Assembly: GCF_009914755.1 (NCBI RefSeq)
Contig: NC_060945.1
Length of the DNA stretch: 64,000 nucleotides
DNA from: the human T2T-CHM13v2.0 reference genome, Homo sapiens
Reading direction: 5' to 3' (one strand)
Below are positions 31,301-50,905 of this stretch, one piece after another. The stretch's first letter is position 1. Every line of letters begins with the position of its first letter. The notes under the pieces were generated by a model. The model had not been told where the DNA came from. It did no database searches and saw only the letters and a list, made by a program, of their open reading frames with translations. The position numbers were made by a program, and so were the translations under genes.

Positions 31301-33991
31301 GAGGTCTGGTGGAAAGGCAGTGAGGGATGAGGAGATACTTAGATAAGAGAGAGGAGCCTCTCTGCCAAAGTGTACCAGGGTCCTCCCTCTCCAATTCCAG
31401 TTTCCTTCACAGAAAATAATGACTTCCTACTCTCGAATAAACTAGGAGGCTTTTCTTTTTGGGAATCGTGATCCAGGCTCTCGCAGCGGATCTCAGATAG
31501 TTCTGAGCTTACAGGTGTGACGCCCCAAAGTGAAAGGGATTTCTAGGTTGACGATAGCCATAGGAGCACATGCTTAAGTTAGCGCTGCAGTTGCTTAAGG
31601 TAACACATGTCCTTGCCGCTGAAGCACACCTGGATCTCCCTCTGGCAAGGCTGGAGGCCTTCAGCCTTCCCCAGCCCAGCTTAGGGAGCAGCTCTGAGCC
31701 CCATACTCCTCCTTCTCCAGGGATCTTCTGCCAAGTTCAGGCTTTGCACAGTCGGTCCCTATCGGGTCCTCAGTGCAGAGTCTTTTGCAACATAATGGTG
31801 GTAAAGGGAGTCCTCCTCAGTCCTGTTTGTGCAGTAGGCTAGTACATAGCAAAGAACAAGGGCAAACCAGAAGTTGAGATGGGGTTCTAGTTTACTTACA
31901 GAGAATGTCATTGTTAGTGGAGAGCCCTTAGGTCAGAGGTTCTTTGCTTTGAATATGTAATATCAAGGCAGTATTCCTACCTAGCAAAGGAAGCCAAGAT
32001 AAGGCCTATTTGGCAAGCCACCCACGGCCCTTAAAATCAAGCATCCCAGGATCAGAACTCTGTGGTAAGAGTTGTGGGGAAATGCATCAGACTTTTCAAG
32101 GGCTATTAACTTTTTTTTTTGTACTACTAGAACTTTCTTGGCTGCTAGAAAAGCTCTGTATTAGCTGATTTGAGCTATGGAAAGCAGTTCTGAGTTCAGC
32201 CACCATCTAGCTCTGAATTCTAAGGAAATAATTGAAAACTGACAAGCCTTTTTGTGTTTGTGACATCATTGCAACTGAACAAATATTGCTTTAGGCAAAT
32301 TGCAGTGTAACCATTAGATTGTTTTCACAGATTATAGACACTTAGAGTTCTGTTGCTTTAGGGAAGCAGTTGCAATACTTGTAACAGTCTATAGATTACC
32401 ACCCAAGTTTGGAATTGTCTGTATCTAGCAACTGTTACATACAGTGGAGTTGAGCTATCAACTCCTTAGTAAAATGAATGATTTGATACATGTTATTCTA
32501 AATAGTATAAATGATAAAAGGCATTTTCTTCTGCTTTCCATACGAACCTAAATTCCAGGGTTTCAAACTCCCTGAGCCAGCAGTAGGTGGTGATATTGCC
32601 ACCCACAACGAGCCCCCATTTTTCCTCTCATCAGTGATGCTCTCCAGAGATCTGAAGATTAGGCAGAACATGTCAGAAGCCTTTTGGGGAGAAGAAAGGA
32701 AATATAATGTCCTCCCAAACCACTGATGCACTTAAATTTAAACCTTAATTCTATATCATGTGAGGTCAGGGAAATATTAGAAAAATCTCAGGGAGAAAGA
32801 AAGATCATCTTCCAAAGTTGGCTCATTTGACTTGGATTTTAGCCGCCCTCCCTCTGCAAATTCCTAAGCTCCAAAGATGACCATCTTATTGTTCGGTTCA
32901 GTGTTTCAGCTGACGCGAACCCCATGTGGCCTCAAAGCTTGCCGCCTGTGTTCCTGGGACAGTCGGTCCTGTTCCTTTTTATGAACTTGAAGGAGTGCAT
33001 AGAAACCAAAACTGAGGCCTGGAAGGAGACAGTGGATCCTCCCCTGCAGAGCCTGATCACAATAACCAGGGCTAGAGAGCAGTGTTTGACAATGCAGATA
33101 GTTGCCTGTTTTTCTAAATAAAGGGAACATCAAAAACTAGCAGAGGATAGAGGAAACTTGGGATCCCTCTGCCCTGTGAAGGAGGAGGGAGGATGGTGTA
33201 TCCATGTGAAAGAAAGTGCCAGAATGTCAGGGGTCCCAGCCATTGTCTGTACAATATAGGCCCCTTTCTCCCCCCAGGAGATTAGCAGTGCAGAGTTTTG
33301 GAAAGTTCCTTAAGCCTTTCTCTTCTTTGCGGCTCTTCCTTGAGCCTTTTCCTGGGGCTGTCAGCTGGTGTCGTTTTCCTGGGTCATTGATTTTTTTTTG
33401 CCCTCAGGGATTCCAGCATCGATCTCACTCTTAATAAGCCAGAGGCAGCATCATGGCCCCCTCCTCCTCCCTGTCCATGCTCGTGACTTGTTCTAATCAC
33501 CTCCAAGCTTGCTAGTAAACAGGCTCCCCAAACACCGCCTTCTCTCTCATCTCCAAAGATTTTGAGATGTCGCCAGCGGCCACTGGAAGGCTATCATCAC
33601 TGCATTAAAAATGAATCCCAGCGAAGGCAAGAGAAGTTCATGCAAAATTAGTGCCTCTGATCCTTAATCTCATACTCAAATGTGCTTGGCTTTCATCCAC
33701 TTTCCTCTTTGGGATAGAGTTCTCTTCATTTGACTGCATTCTCAAATTGAGGATTTGGCTTGAGACGTCTAAATTCATCATTGACTTAAAAAACAAAACA
33801 AACCCCAGAAGTATAATGCTATGCCCATAGTTCTTTGTTCAGAGAACAAGACAGGGAGCTGGAGCTTGAGGATGAGTGCTGAGAGGAGGGAGGGGTGCCC
33901 TCTTGAGTAGCAGCCATAAAAAGCAAGGGATCTTCTATATTTTTGCCTTAAAGAGTGGTGTTTCAGTGTGTCTCTTGTATTTAGTTTGTGA

Positions 33992-34486
<495 letters not shown>

Positions 34487-34769
34487 TGATTGATGGGCTT
34501 CTAGGTAGAGGTGGGGAGGAAGGAAGGGAAGGAAAGGGTAGAAAGTTGTTCTAGTTCCCACTTGAATTCCTCAAGAACTCCCACCCTTGGACAAAGTAGA
34601 CATGACCAAATGTTTCCACATTTGATTTTGTCCTAGGGCACATAGTGGTGAATGTGAGAAGTAGAAGGGACAGGGGATGGGAAACAAGGAGAGTGGGGCA
34701 GTCTTTAAGGCCTTCCTTGTATCCAAATGTCCCCAGACCTCAAACAAAGGTCACTCTATAATAGAAGTG

Positions 34770-34942
34770 TTGTTGTTGTTTTTTAATGGAGTCATGCTCT
34801 GCTGCCCAGGCCCGAGTGCAGTGGCTATTTGCAGGTGCAGTTATAGTGCACTGCAGCCTCAAACTCATGGCCTTAACCGATCCTCCTCCCTTAGCCTCCT
34901 GAGTAGCTAGGATTACAGGTGTGCACCACCCCACCTGGCCTG
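34770..34942 (-). mobile_element. Alu monomer (FAM/FRAM-like)
   Basis: Divergent single arm. Confidence 0.7.
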
Positions 34943-35007
34943 GGCCAGTGTTCCAGTCCCTGCCATTGGTAGCCCAAGTGAGCATTAAGTGGTACTTGGT
35001 ACCAGAT

Positions 35008-35392
35008 TGTATTAATTTGCTAGGGCTGCCATAACAGTGTACTACAGACTGGGTGGCTTACACAAGGAACATTTATTTTATCACAGTTCTGGAGGCTAGA
35101 AGTTCAAGATCAAGGTCTTGGCAGAGTTGATTTCTTGTGAGGCCTGTCTCCTTGGCTTGTAAATGGCATCTCCCTGCTGTATCTTCACATGGTCTTCCCT
35201 CCATGTGTGTCTGTGTCCTAACCTCCTCTTCTTACAAGGATATCAGTCATATTGGACTAGACTCCTTCAAATGATCTCATTTTCATGTAGTCACCTATTT
35301 AAAGGCCCTGTCTCCAAATACTATCATAGTCTGAAGTGCTAGAGATTAGACTCCAATGTTTGAATTTTAGTGGGATGCAGTTCAGCCAAAAC
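35008..35392 (-). mobile_element. MLT1B-like solo LTR
   Basis: TGTATTAATTTGCTAGGGCTGCCATAACA...CACAGTTCTGGAGGCTAGAAGTTCAAGATCAAGG. Confidence 0.8.
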
Positions 35393-35579
35393 TTAGATCA
35401 TTTGCAGCCCAATAAATAAACCTGACTGATAGCTCTTTATTTCACTGGCCAGGAATTCCAGGGTATAGAAATATGGTAATTCAATTGATCCCGGGGGCCT
35501 TGAGGTGGGAACTCAGTATTGATGGACACAGTTGTTCATTTTGGAGAGGTTGAACCCTGTTATTTGCTTTCAGATAAGC

Positions 35580-35762
35580 ATTGGGTCTCAGTCCTGGCAG
35601 CACAATAAAATCTCCTGGGGAGACTAAAAAAATATCTATGGACATTCAGGCTGCACCCCAAGACTTCTGATGTAATTGGCCCTGGGAGAGCCAGTCACTG
35701 ATCTCTTTTTGAAAGCTCCCCAGGCAATTCTAATATGCAGCTAGAGTTGAGGACACCTCTGG
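35580..35762. mobile_element. MER5A/B-like hAT element
   Basis: AAAGCTCCCCAGGCAATTCTAATATGCAGCTAGAGTTGAGGACACCTCTG terminus. Confidence 0.6.
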
Positions 35763-37216
35763 AGTTCAGAGGGGAGGGTGACCTTCTGCCCATGCATCAG
35801 GTCATCCAAGGGCACAGAGTGTGGCTGGGTGTCCCCTTCACCCCCTACCCTAGGGCTCATCACCAGGGAGACCAGGACTGTATTTCCCCAGCATATCAGC
35901 ACCTCGCAACACAGACACCTGTGCATGCACAGCCATGCAAACACACGCATGCACACACCCTTCCCTCTGCATTTCATGATGCCTCAGTCACATCATCCTT
36001 TTTATTCAAGATTTATCTTTACTTTAAAAAAATTTATGGAGTGAAAAGCCAGCTCGTAACTAAAGAAAAACAAACCAAATGTCCGAAGGAGTTGTCTAGA
36101 GGCCACAGAAGAAGAGAGATGAATAGCCAGTGTCTGAATCTGCTCATCTGTTTCCATGGAAAGTGACTACATCTGAAAAGTTTTCTGCCGGCTCTTTTTA
36201 TGGCAGAGAAGAGTCTCGGCCCACAAGTGGTCCCTGTTATTGATGGCTTTGGTCTCCCAGGTGCTTTATTGGAAAGGGGAGCCTAGCAGCAGTTTCAGGG
36301 AAGAAACAGAAAGGAAGAGGGTAAAAGTTAATTGAACTCAGTTTTATCTGATTTCATCCTCGTAGCAACTCTGTGAGATCAGGACCAGTCTCATTTGCAG
36401 ATGAGAACTCAGCCTCAGAGAGGGTAACAAAGTTGCCCAAGACCACCCAGCTAGGGAGCAGAGCTGAGGCAGGCTCCAGCACCAGGGCTGGCCAGAGTAC
36501 AGGGATGGGGCCAGGCTGGGGACTTCGCCTGCAAGGGTGTTGGGGGTAGGGAGGAGCAAGGCCAGAAAAAAAAGTACCACAATTTGCCTAACCTTTCTTG
36601 AAAGTTCATGGGGTCATTGCTGCCATTTTGGTTACCTTCTGAATAGACTGACCTTTTCCTACCCTCCCATCAGCATCATTTCATCACAGTCCTTCCAAAG
36701 TGGGTGCACTCACAAAGTGGTCCAGTGGGGTAGGAAAAACATGTCAGAACTTCTGTTCTTGCCTATTGGTTTTTCCATCTTAATAAAAAAAGGAGTTAAG
36801 TTTTGCTTATAATTAACATATAAATTGACAGAACAACATGTAATTTATAAATAAGTGTGCATATATTGGAGATGTGTTCTCAAAATGTTTCTGTTCATAA
36901 TGTTTTTTATAATTGTTTCTGCCAGTAATAATAATTATTTTTTAAAACTTTTATTTTAGGTTTGGGGGTGCATGGGAAGGTTTGTTGCGTAGATGAGTTC
37001 ATGAGTTAAAAAAATTTGGAGGTCACTGATCTTCACAGCCATCCTGTTGGCTTAATATCTTTAAAATTCTTAGTGAGGCACCACTTTGAGGGTAATGTAC
37101 TATGAGAGAACAATTGCTCCCTCGTTACCCACCCCTATTGCCTGACTTGCGTACTGCTCTCCCCAGCTCCACAGCTGCTAATAAAATTTAGAAGCAGGAT
37201 TTGAACCCAGTACCTA

Positions 37217-37948
<732 letters not shown>

Positions 37949-37963
37949 TTAAAAATACTTTTA

Positions 37964-38504
<541 letters not shown>

Positions 38505-38869
38505 TAAAAATAATTTATTAAGCACATAAAGCACTCTATGCCAGACACTGTTCAAAGAACTTCATGTTAACTCATTTAATCCTCCCAGTTGTAGCTATAA
38601 AGGAGATGCTAGTATAAAAAGTTCAAGAAACTGAGGCAAAGAGCAATTTAGTAACTTTTGGGGATTTGAATCCAGGTAGCCTTTCTAATACCAAGGGAAT
38701 AAAACAAAATAAATTACATGCAGTTTAAAGCAGTGGCACTTCTGTCATGTTTATCTCTTCATTTCCTAGAGCCAAATCTTTCCCAGGACTTACATAAGTA
38801 ATGTCCATTCCTTGTCCTGTTTAAAGATAGTACCATCTAGCCTCAAAGAACTGATTATAGAATTGGGTC

Positions 38870-40625
<1,756 letters not shown>

Positions 40626-40629
40626 AAGG

Positions 40630-41127
<498 letters not shown>

Positions 41128-42661
41128 TCAAGGCTCCTCCACAGGTGAGCCTCAGTTTCATGGTGACCACACACTAGAAATTCTGTAGGGAAGAATGGGA
41201 AACAGTCTAAAGCCTCTCAGGTACCAGATGCTGTGCTAGATATGGTACAACCTACTCCAAAAAATCATTCCTTCCCTGGGGAAGCTTGCTTCTTAGTGGG
41301 TTCATGGACACACACATTACAGAGGAGTTTGAGGGATGAGCAATCGATTTGGCAGGTCACATTCTCCAAAAACTAGTAAGCAAACCACAGAGCTTGGAAC
41401 TGAGTGTTTGGAAGTATGTTCACAGACCTACTAGATGACTCTGGCTATGCATAGATTTTACATTTCCTTACATGAATTTCTCACCCTTATGTTCTCTCCG
41501 ACACCTGTATCATTTGCTCACTCAAGCCTCTGGAAATGAATTTCTCCTGCACTAACAAGTTAGAGAATGAAATGATGCTTGGATGAAGTGATGCTTAGGG
41601 TTTGTTTCAATCTGAGAGCCAAGTTTTCCACACGCAGAAAACCAGGCAACATTAAAATTCAAAACTCAGGCCACGGAGTCTGAAATGTATGTTTGTGAAC
41701 AGTCTGATTTCATGTCTGCCTCTGATGCCCTGTGAATACAAATCACCTCATCTGGGGCTGGAGGAGCAGAGAGGAAGAAACCTAAGAATGATCTCCAAAA
41801 CAAATCTTTAATTCGGATGAGTATAATAGAGTGTAATCCCATTTCAAGTCTGTCAGCATTCCTTTGATGATTACAAATGAGTCCCTTTTCCCCTGCAATG
41901 TGGGGGAATAATCTGGATAAAATAATCCTTTTTGTCTGCAAAGGCCCATGCGATGCGTACTCGTGACAGCTTTCAGAGTAGTGTTTCAGAGTCTGAGAGA
42001 AGAGCACACTGTCCTACCAAGTCATCTCCTTTCTTTCTCTTGACTTAGAAGATTTTTCACTCTTTTCATGTTCAGTGGCTTCCGAAATTCTCAGGCTTAG
42101 AAATCATAAATCATTGTACTGTACTGAGGAACAAGAGAAACCCAGGTCACCAGCTCCTTTTCCCTCCCTGCCTGCTCAACAGGAGATGACAGGTGGAAAT
42201 GGGAATGTATGATCTTATCTAGAAGGCCAATTTGTACAGCTTTGGAGGGATATACTTGAAGAAATTCACATAATTTTACAGTCTCTTTTTCATTAAAAAA
42301 AATGTACACTGAACCCAAGTTCAGGCTTACATGCCTCCCTTTGTCAATTTCCTTGTAAAATTAAGGGATAGTCATTTTAAACACTTCATTCTATTATCTG
42401 AAACCTGAATGCCAGAACGCTCCTTCCAAAGCTAATGATGCAAAATGTTTTGTGGACAGGCCACCCTGGACACAAAGACTCAGAATGAAAAGAGGTCTTG
42501 AGAACCCCAGTGCTGTGGTCCCGCTCTGTGGAACTGGTCACGGCAGGCTGTGGAGAACCACACAGAGCAGATCTTGTGGTCTTGCTTGTTCCACTTTCAA
42601 GTACAAAGGTCCCTCTCATCTGATTTCCGTATTTTTTTTATTTTAAGTTAGAATGTCCCAA

Positions 42662-43325
<664 letters not shown>

Positions 43326-43550
43326 CAGGATTATTTTTTATTAGTGTTAGAGCTCTCAAAAACCATAAACTAAGGCTTTGAGGCAAAAGGTCTTTTCTTG
43401 TCTCAGATTTCTGTGTCTCTCCCTGGCTATTCAAGTCAAGGCAGGTTATTTGGGTTTGTCAACATTTGCCAAAAATGCTATATGCTCTTTACAGGGGACG
43501 GCGATCTTTACCCAGTGAACATTTTGCTTTTCCTGATATTTAGTTGAAAC

Positions 43551-43740
43551 CAGTGATTCTCAGTCCAAGAGTGATTTTGTCCCTTGGGAATATCTGGCAA
43601 TCTCTGGAGGCAATTTTCTTTGTCACAGCCTCTTAGTGAGTAGAAGCCAGGGACACCGCTAAACATCTGACACTGTCCAGGACAGCGCCCCCACAGCAAA
43701 GAATCATGCAGTCCTTGTGCTAAGGTTGAGGAACCCTGGG
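43551..43740. mobile_element. MER20 (hAT-Charlie)
   Basis: CAGTGATTCTCA...GCTAAACATC...CAGGACAGC.CCCCACAGCAAAGAAT...GGTTGAGGAACCCTG. Confidence 0.8.
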
Positions 43741-45275
43741 CTAGACCAGCAGATTTGTCCTTGTTTTATTTTCCACACTTTTAGAACCTGAAAAAAGTGA
43801 ACACTTTTTTTTTTTTAAATCAGAGTTGAGTCTGGAGTCCCTAGACAGCTCTGAAAGACTCTCTTCTCCAAATCTAGCTTGCCTTCTGCAGCCCGAAGGA
43901 GGTCTTCAGTTCCATAAAGCCAAAGAAATGAAAATCCACTGGCTGCTGTGCTTCTCCACCCTCTCTAGCCCAGTGGGGTTTTAGTCAGAATTTTTCCCCC
44001 TTCCTTTCCTCCAAGGACCTTGTGTATGTGTTTGGCCCTTTTGCCTTCATCTCAAGCTAGACTCTTGGCCATCATTAACGTCAAAGTGAAATATTGCTCT
44101 GGAGAGGTGTTCAGACTTGAAGTCACTTGCTCACTTGACGTGCGAGGATGTGTTTGCAACACATCTCAATTATTTCAAAATCTCAGTGAAATGGTTGCAT
44201 GATGGGGGGTGGATAATTTGATTTGAACATGAAAAAGGAAGGAGAAAGTCACGAAGATAGTGCAGAGATTTTTTTTTTTTGGCATCTCCCACTGCCTCCC
44301 CGACTTTCCTCCTTCCCTGTGTTCCTGCTCTCATTCCCCCTACCTCTCTCTCTCCAACCCCTGCCACCCCACCAGCCTCCATGCACTCACATACAGACAG
44401 CTTGGGTGTTACTTTGTGAACAGTGCATTCAGCAGTCTGTGCTGCTGTTATACACTTATCAAGATACGCTGGAGTTTGTGTGGTCATGGGGCTGAGCATC
44501 GTTTTACAGCCCACATCGAGAAGGAGGAGTCGACGGACTCCTCTGAAATGGTAACTACCATCCCTGCCCAGAGGCCTCAAGACTGCAGAGCAGCTTCCAC
44601 TTTCTGAGCATGCCTCCCTCCATCACCCCTTCAGACAAGTCACAACTCTACTTAAAATATTTTTTTCCTTCTGCCAAACACAGGGAAAATATAGTATTGT
44701 TTCCAAGAGAGCGAGCAGGGGCACCAGCAGGAATGGGTGTGCAGTATTTGTACAGTTTTGTGACTCAGTCCATCTGAATTTCCAAGCATTTTAAGAGCTT
44801 TGTCCCAAAAAAAGGTCTATTGTGTGGCTCTTGGCACTGAAGAAAATAGCAGGCCTGTCAGAACTCTGTTTCAGATTTAATTTTCAAGTGGGTGATGTAC
44901 GAATGCTGTCCAACGGGAGGGCATTTTCTCATTCCTGCTCACTTTGGTGCCATAGAACTTCAGTTTTCAGAATCAGCTCAGATTAAAAAACTGAAGCATC
45001 TTTTCCCTGGACACCCTTTTAATAAAAAGGCACCATGTTCTTAAGCAAGGATTACTGTGGCTCTTAAATGAATATGGCTTCCTGCAATAAAAGTAAAAAC
45101 ATTTGACGATGTATATAATACATTTGTTTTTTCAGAGCATCTTCTTGCAAGACTTTACTATTCTTTGTTTCTATATAGTTTGGAAACGCAGGCCTAAAGA
45201 CATTATTGATCTTCTCAAATGCCTCTTGAATGGAGTATTTACCGCTGGGTATAGACAGTGTTAAAAATAGGCAGA

Positions 45276-45720
<445 letters not shown>

Positions 45721-46849
45721 AGGCAGGAAAAACTTGTTTTTGAAGTTTCTCTTTTCCTAGTTGTTTTCTTCCCTGGACCTTAAACAGTGGACAGTGACTT
45801 TTCTCATTACATGTATACTTTATGTAGAGTGCACAGTTTGTCCTCCATGTCCCTTGTCTTCTCTTGTTGATAAAGATTGTGTACTATATATTTTTAAAAA
45901 AGAACTGAAGCATCGTATCTGACCCCTGGATCCCTCTGAACTGTGAATAGATGATAAACTTCTGGGCTCAGAAATTTTCCCATAATGTTGCCAAGCATTA
46001 GTCCAGCGTGGAGGCGACTTTCTGCTCAAACCACTCATTTGGGTCCCGCGCCCAACGTCACCCATCCTCAGCAAAACAACCTTTATTTCCTTCTTCCTGG
46101 TTTCCAGAAAGTTCCCTTAAAGCCCTGAGGAATCACCGAATGAAAGGGGCTTTTTACAAACAGGAAGCTTAAGTGGAGTGCCAGTACACAACATGGATTG
46201 CACCAGGCTGGGTCTAAGATAAAACCAGACTGTGGACAACGGGACAGATAAGGCCCACATGGCTCTGCACTGCCTCGGTCTGTTACTGTGTGGAGGAATG
46301 TCTTAGTCTGTTGCTCCTGTGGGTGTAGCTAAAACACGAACCAGGAGCCTTCATCCTTAGAAAGGAGTCAGACAGACACCTGAGAACCAATCCCAAACTG
46401 CACCCTTCCCCTGAACCTCGTGGAACCTTCTGGAATGCAACTTATTACTGCCAGAGGGTCTTTGATGAGAGTCTACTCTCCACTATTTGTCTTCATTACC
46501 CACATATTCTCTTTCCGTGGAAAGGTAAGTTATTAGAGTTTATGCAGTCTGGTATATTAACTGAGAGCTTTACTTTAAAGAATGTCATGTTTACGATTCA
46601 GTCTCACAGACTGGGTTAAAAAGGCAGTGTTGACTATTAAGTTGTAAATTACTATAATGATCATTATTATTATTCAAGCAAGCTGTGAGGAATGAGCATT
46701 ATCTCACAATATCTGCATTTTAGTGAACCTGAGGGAAGAGTGTATTTGCTGGAATTACAGAAGCCTGAGAACCACAGGGGAATTCTCACTGCAGGGCATT
46801 CAGGGTCCAAGGCTGATTCTATTTTGCATGCTCAATCCTTCCTCAATTT

Positions 46850-47493
46850 ATTTTTATTTATTTATTTATTTATTTTTTGAGACAGGGTCTCGCTCTGTCG
46901 CCCAGAGCGAGATTGTCGCCTTGGTGCAATCTCAGCTCACTGCAACCTCGCCTCCCGGGTTTAAGTGATTCTCCTTCACTTAACCTTCACTTAACCCAGC
47001 CTCCCAAGTAGCTGGGATTTCAGGCACCCACCACAAAGCACAGCTAATTTTTGTATTTTTAGTATAGACGGGATTTCACCATGTTGGCTAGGCAGGTCTT
47101 GAACTCCTGACCTCAGGTAATCCTCCTGCCTCGGCCTCCCAAAGTGCTGGGATTTCAGGCGTGAGCCACCGTGCCTGGCCCTCAATTTTATTTTTCTATT
47201 TATTTATTTAGAGATGGATTTTTGCTCTTGTCCCCCAGGCTGGAGTGCAGTGGTGTGATCTCGGCTCACTGCTACTTCTGCCTCCAGGATTCAAGTGATT
47301 CTCCTGCCTCAGCCTCCTGAGTAGCTGGGATTATAGTCACGCACCCCTACACCCAGCTAATTTTTGTATTTTTAGTAGAGACAGGGTTTCACCATGTTGG
47401 CCAGGCAGGTCTCAAACTCCTGACCTCAGGTAATTCACCTGCCTCGGCCTCCCAAAATGCTGAGATTACAGGTATGAGTCACTACACCTGGCC
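46850..47493 (-). mobile_element. Two tandem antisense AluS elements (46850-47180, 47186-47493)
   Basis: Two dimers bounded by three copies of CCTCAATTT. Confidence 0.9.
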
Positions 47494-47561
47494 CCTCAAT
47501 TTAATTTTAATAAAATTATCAGGGAAATAAGCCACAAAAGGACAATGTGCAGACTTTAGAA

Positions 47562-47882
47562 CAGAGCTGTCCAATAGAAATATAATGTAATCCACATGTG
47601 TAATATTAAATAATTTAGTCACCACATTAGAAAAAGTAAAAGGGGTGAAATGAATTCTCCTAGTAAATTTATTTAACCAATATATTCAAAATATTATTAT
47701 TTCAACATTAATGAATACTTAAAAATTCTTAATGAGATATTTTATGTTCTCTTTTTTTTGCTTATGAAGGCTTGGAAATCTAGTGTATATTTTACACTAA
47801 CAGCATATCTCCATTGAGATGGCCACATCTCAAATGCCCAGTAGCCATGTGTGGCCTGAGGCCACGACTCTGGGCAGTACAG
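47562..47882. mobile_element. MER33/MER3-like hAT element
   Basis: CAGAGCTGTCCAATAGAAAT start, ...TGGGCAGTACAG end; near-TSD CTTTAG. Confidence 0.75.
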
Positions 47883-48318
47883 CTTTAGGTGAGACTAGGG
47901 CAGGGCAGAGGGGGGCACCTGGGATCAGGCGTGGAGCTTGGGTCCTTGTTTAGCACCCTTTGGTGAGGGCACTTTCTTTCCATAAAACCCAGGTCAAGCA
48001 TGCCTCACAAAGGGGCCAGTGGAGGTGCCTCAGTTTACATGGGAGCTTGGCCTCTCCAGCTTGCCTTCTTACTGCCTGGAAGAAGATTGGTGCCCTCTCG
48101 CCTTCTCTAGCCCCTTTCCCAAGAACCCTCCCAGAATTTAGTCCTGTGAAGGGCCAGGGGTGCAAGGAGTCACCCACACAATGACAGGACCCGCCAGCAA
48201 TACCAGAAGTTGGCCAGCCCTACTCATCCAAATTCCTTTCTGCAGCTGGACATCACAAGGGTTTCAGACTGCCATCCTGTGGCAACTCCATTTTGGGGTC
48301 CGGGGATGTAAGGGTTAT

Positions 48319-48993
<675 letters not shown>

Positions 48994-49499
48994 GTTACTG
49001 AGCTGGGCATCTTCTTTCTTGAATGCACATTGGCCTCTGAGGCACTTCCTGGTTAACCTCATTCCACAGCTGAGAAAACCCAGGCTTGGCACAGGCAAGG
49101 GATCTGACCCAACGTCTCCCATCTTATTAGTGGAAGGACCAAGACTGGACCCACAACTATGCTCCTGTTTTGAGTCACCATGCTGCCCTCAAGATCAGAT
49201 CTCAAAACAAGCAGACATGGGGGGCTCAGAAAGTCCCCAGCCTAGAACTTTCCTGTCACCCAACGACACTAAGGGCTAAGCTGGCTGCTTATTATTCTGG
49301 ATTCACACTAGAATGACCTTGGGGTGTGTTTCACACATGCCAATGTCTGCAGTTTCACCCCCAGCTAACTGACTATGGATCTCTGGGTTGGGGCCTGGGC
49401 ACTGATATTCATGCAGAGATTCTGAGATGATCCTATTACATCGCCAAGGTTGACACCTGCAGAAACATTGCACGCTTTTTCATTTATTTAGTTATTAAA

Positions 49500-50115
49500 T
49501 ATGTAATATTTATTATTATTTTTCCAGACACAGAAGCGTTGCAAGAATAGTACAAAGACATCCTTTATACCCTTCACTGAGATTCCCCAGTGCTACCATT
49601 TTACCCCATTTGCTTTATTATTTTCTAAGTGGCAGATAAGTTATCCTTTACCCCTAAATATTCCTGTGTATTCCTTAATAACAAGGACTTTCTCTTATAT
49701 AACCAGGCAATGATCAAAATCAGGAAACTAACCCTGCTACAATACGGTTTTCTAATGTATGGACCTCATTCAGATTTTGCCAGTTAACCCAATAGTGTAC
49801 ATTGGAGCAAAAGATAATCCCAGATCATGAATTATTTTCAGTTGTTGTGTCTCTGTAGGTCCCTTTTAGCCTGGAACAGCTCCTCAGTTTTTCTTTATCT
49901 TTCATGGTATTGGTATTCTTGAAGAACGCAAGATGGTTATTTGATGGAATGTCCCTTACTTTGGATTTGGCTGATGTTTCTTGGTGGTGACATTCTTATG
50001 CATTTGGGGTGGGACTGTCACAGCAATGGTATCATGTTCTTCTCTGTGCATCACATCAGGAGGGACATGCTGATGGTTTACCCCATTACACCAAAGTGAA
50101 TGTTGATCATTCAGT
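49500..50115 (-). mobile_element. L1MC-type 3' fragment
   Basis: TTGCAAGAATAGTACAAAGA...ATCAAAATCAGGAAA...TGCATCACATCAGGAGG pattern. Confidence 0.6.
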
Positions 50116-50587
50116 GAAGGTGGGCGCAGGTTCATTACATTATATTGCAGAAGCCGTCATCAGCCATACTTGCTCTGATTAACCGATCATCTTCCGTAGC
50201 CATTTATCTAACAAGGCTGTAAGGGTCTTGAACTCAGGGTAAGCAAGCCTTAAAGCAGAACAGAAGAAAGAAAGGAAGGCTCTGGAACCTGGAGCTTTGG
50301 CAAAGGGGGCAGGTCCAGGGAACGCACCACCAAAGTTGCTCCTGGCATTAGGATGAAGAGGAAGGAGAGCATTCTGTCTAGAAGGGGTTTGGGGTTAGCG
50401 AGAGGGGCATGGGAGAGTCAGAGTCTGCCCACTTGTGGTTTTGCTGAGGGCTACACTGTGGTAGGCAGGTCTTTCGTTGCTGCTCTTGAAAATGTTGTTC
50501 CGTAATCCTTCATCTAAAACAGAGCAATTCCCTTTTTCTCAGTTTTGGCCCCCTTGGCAGGTGCTTCATCTGTCTTCTGTTCTCTTA

Positions 50588-50905
<318 letters not shown>

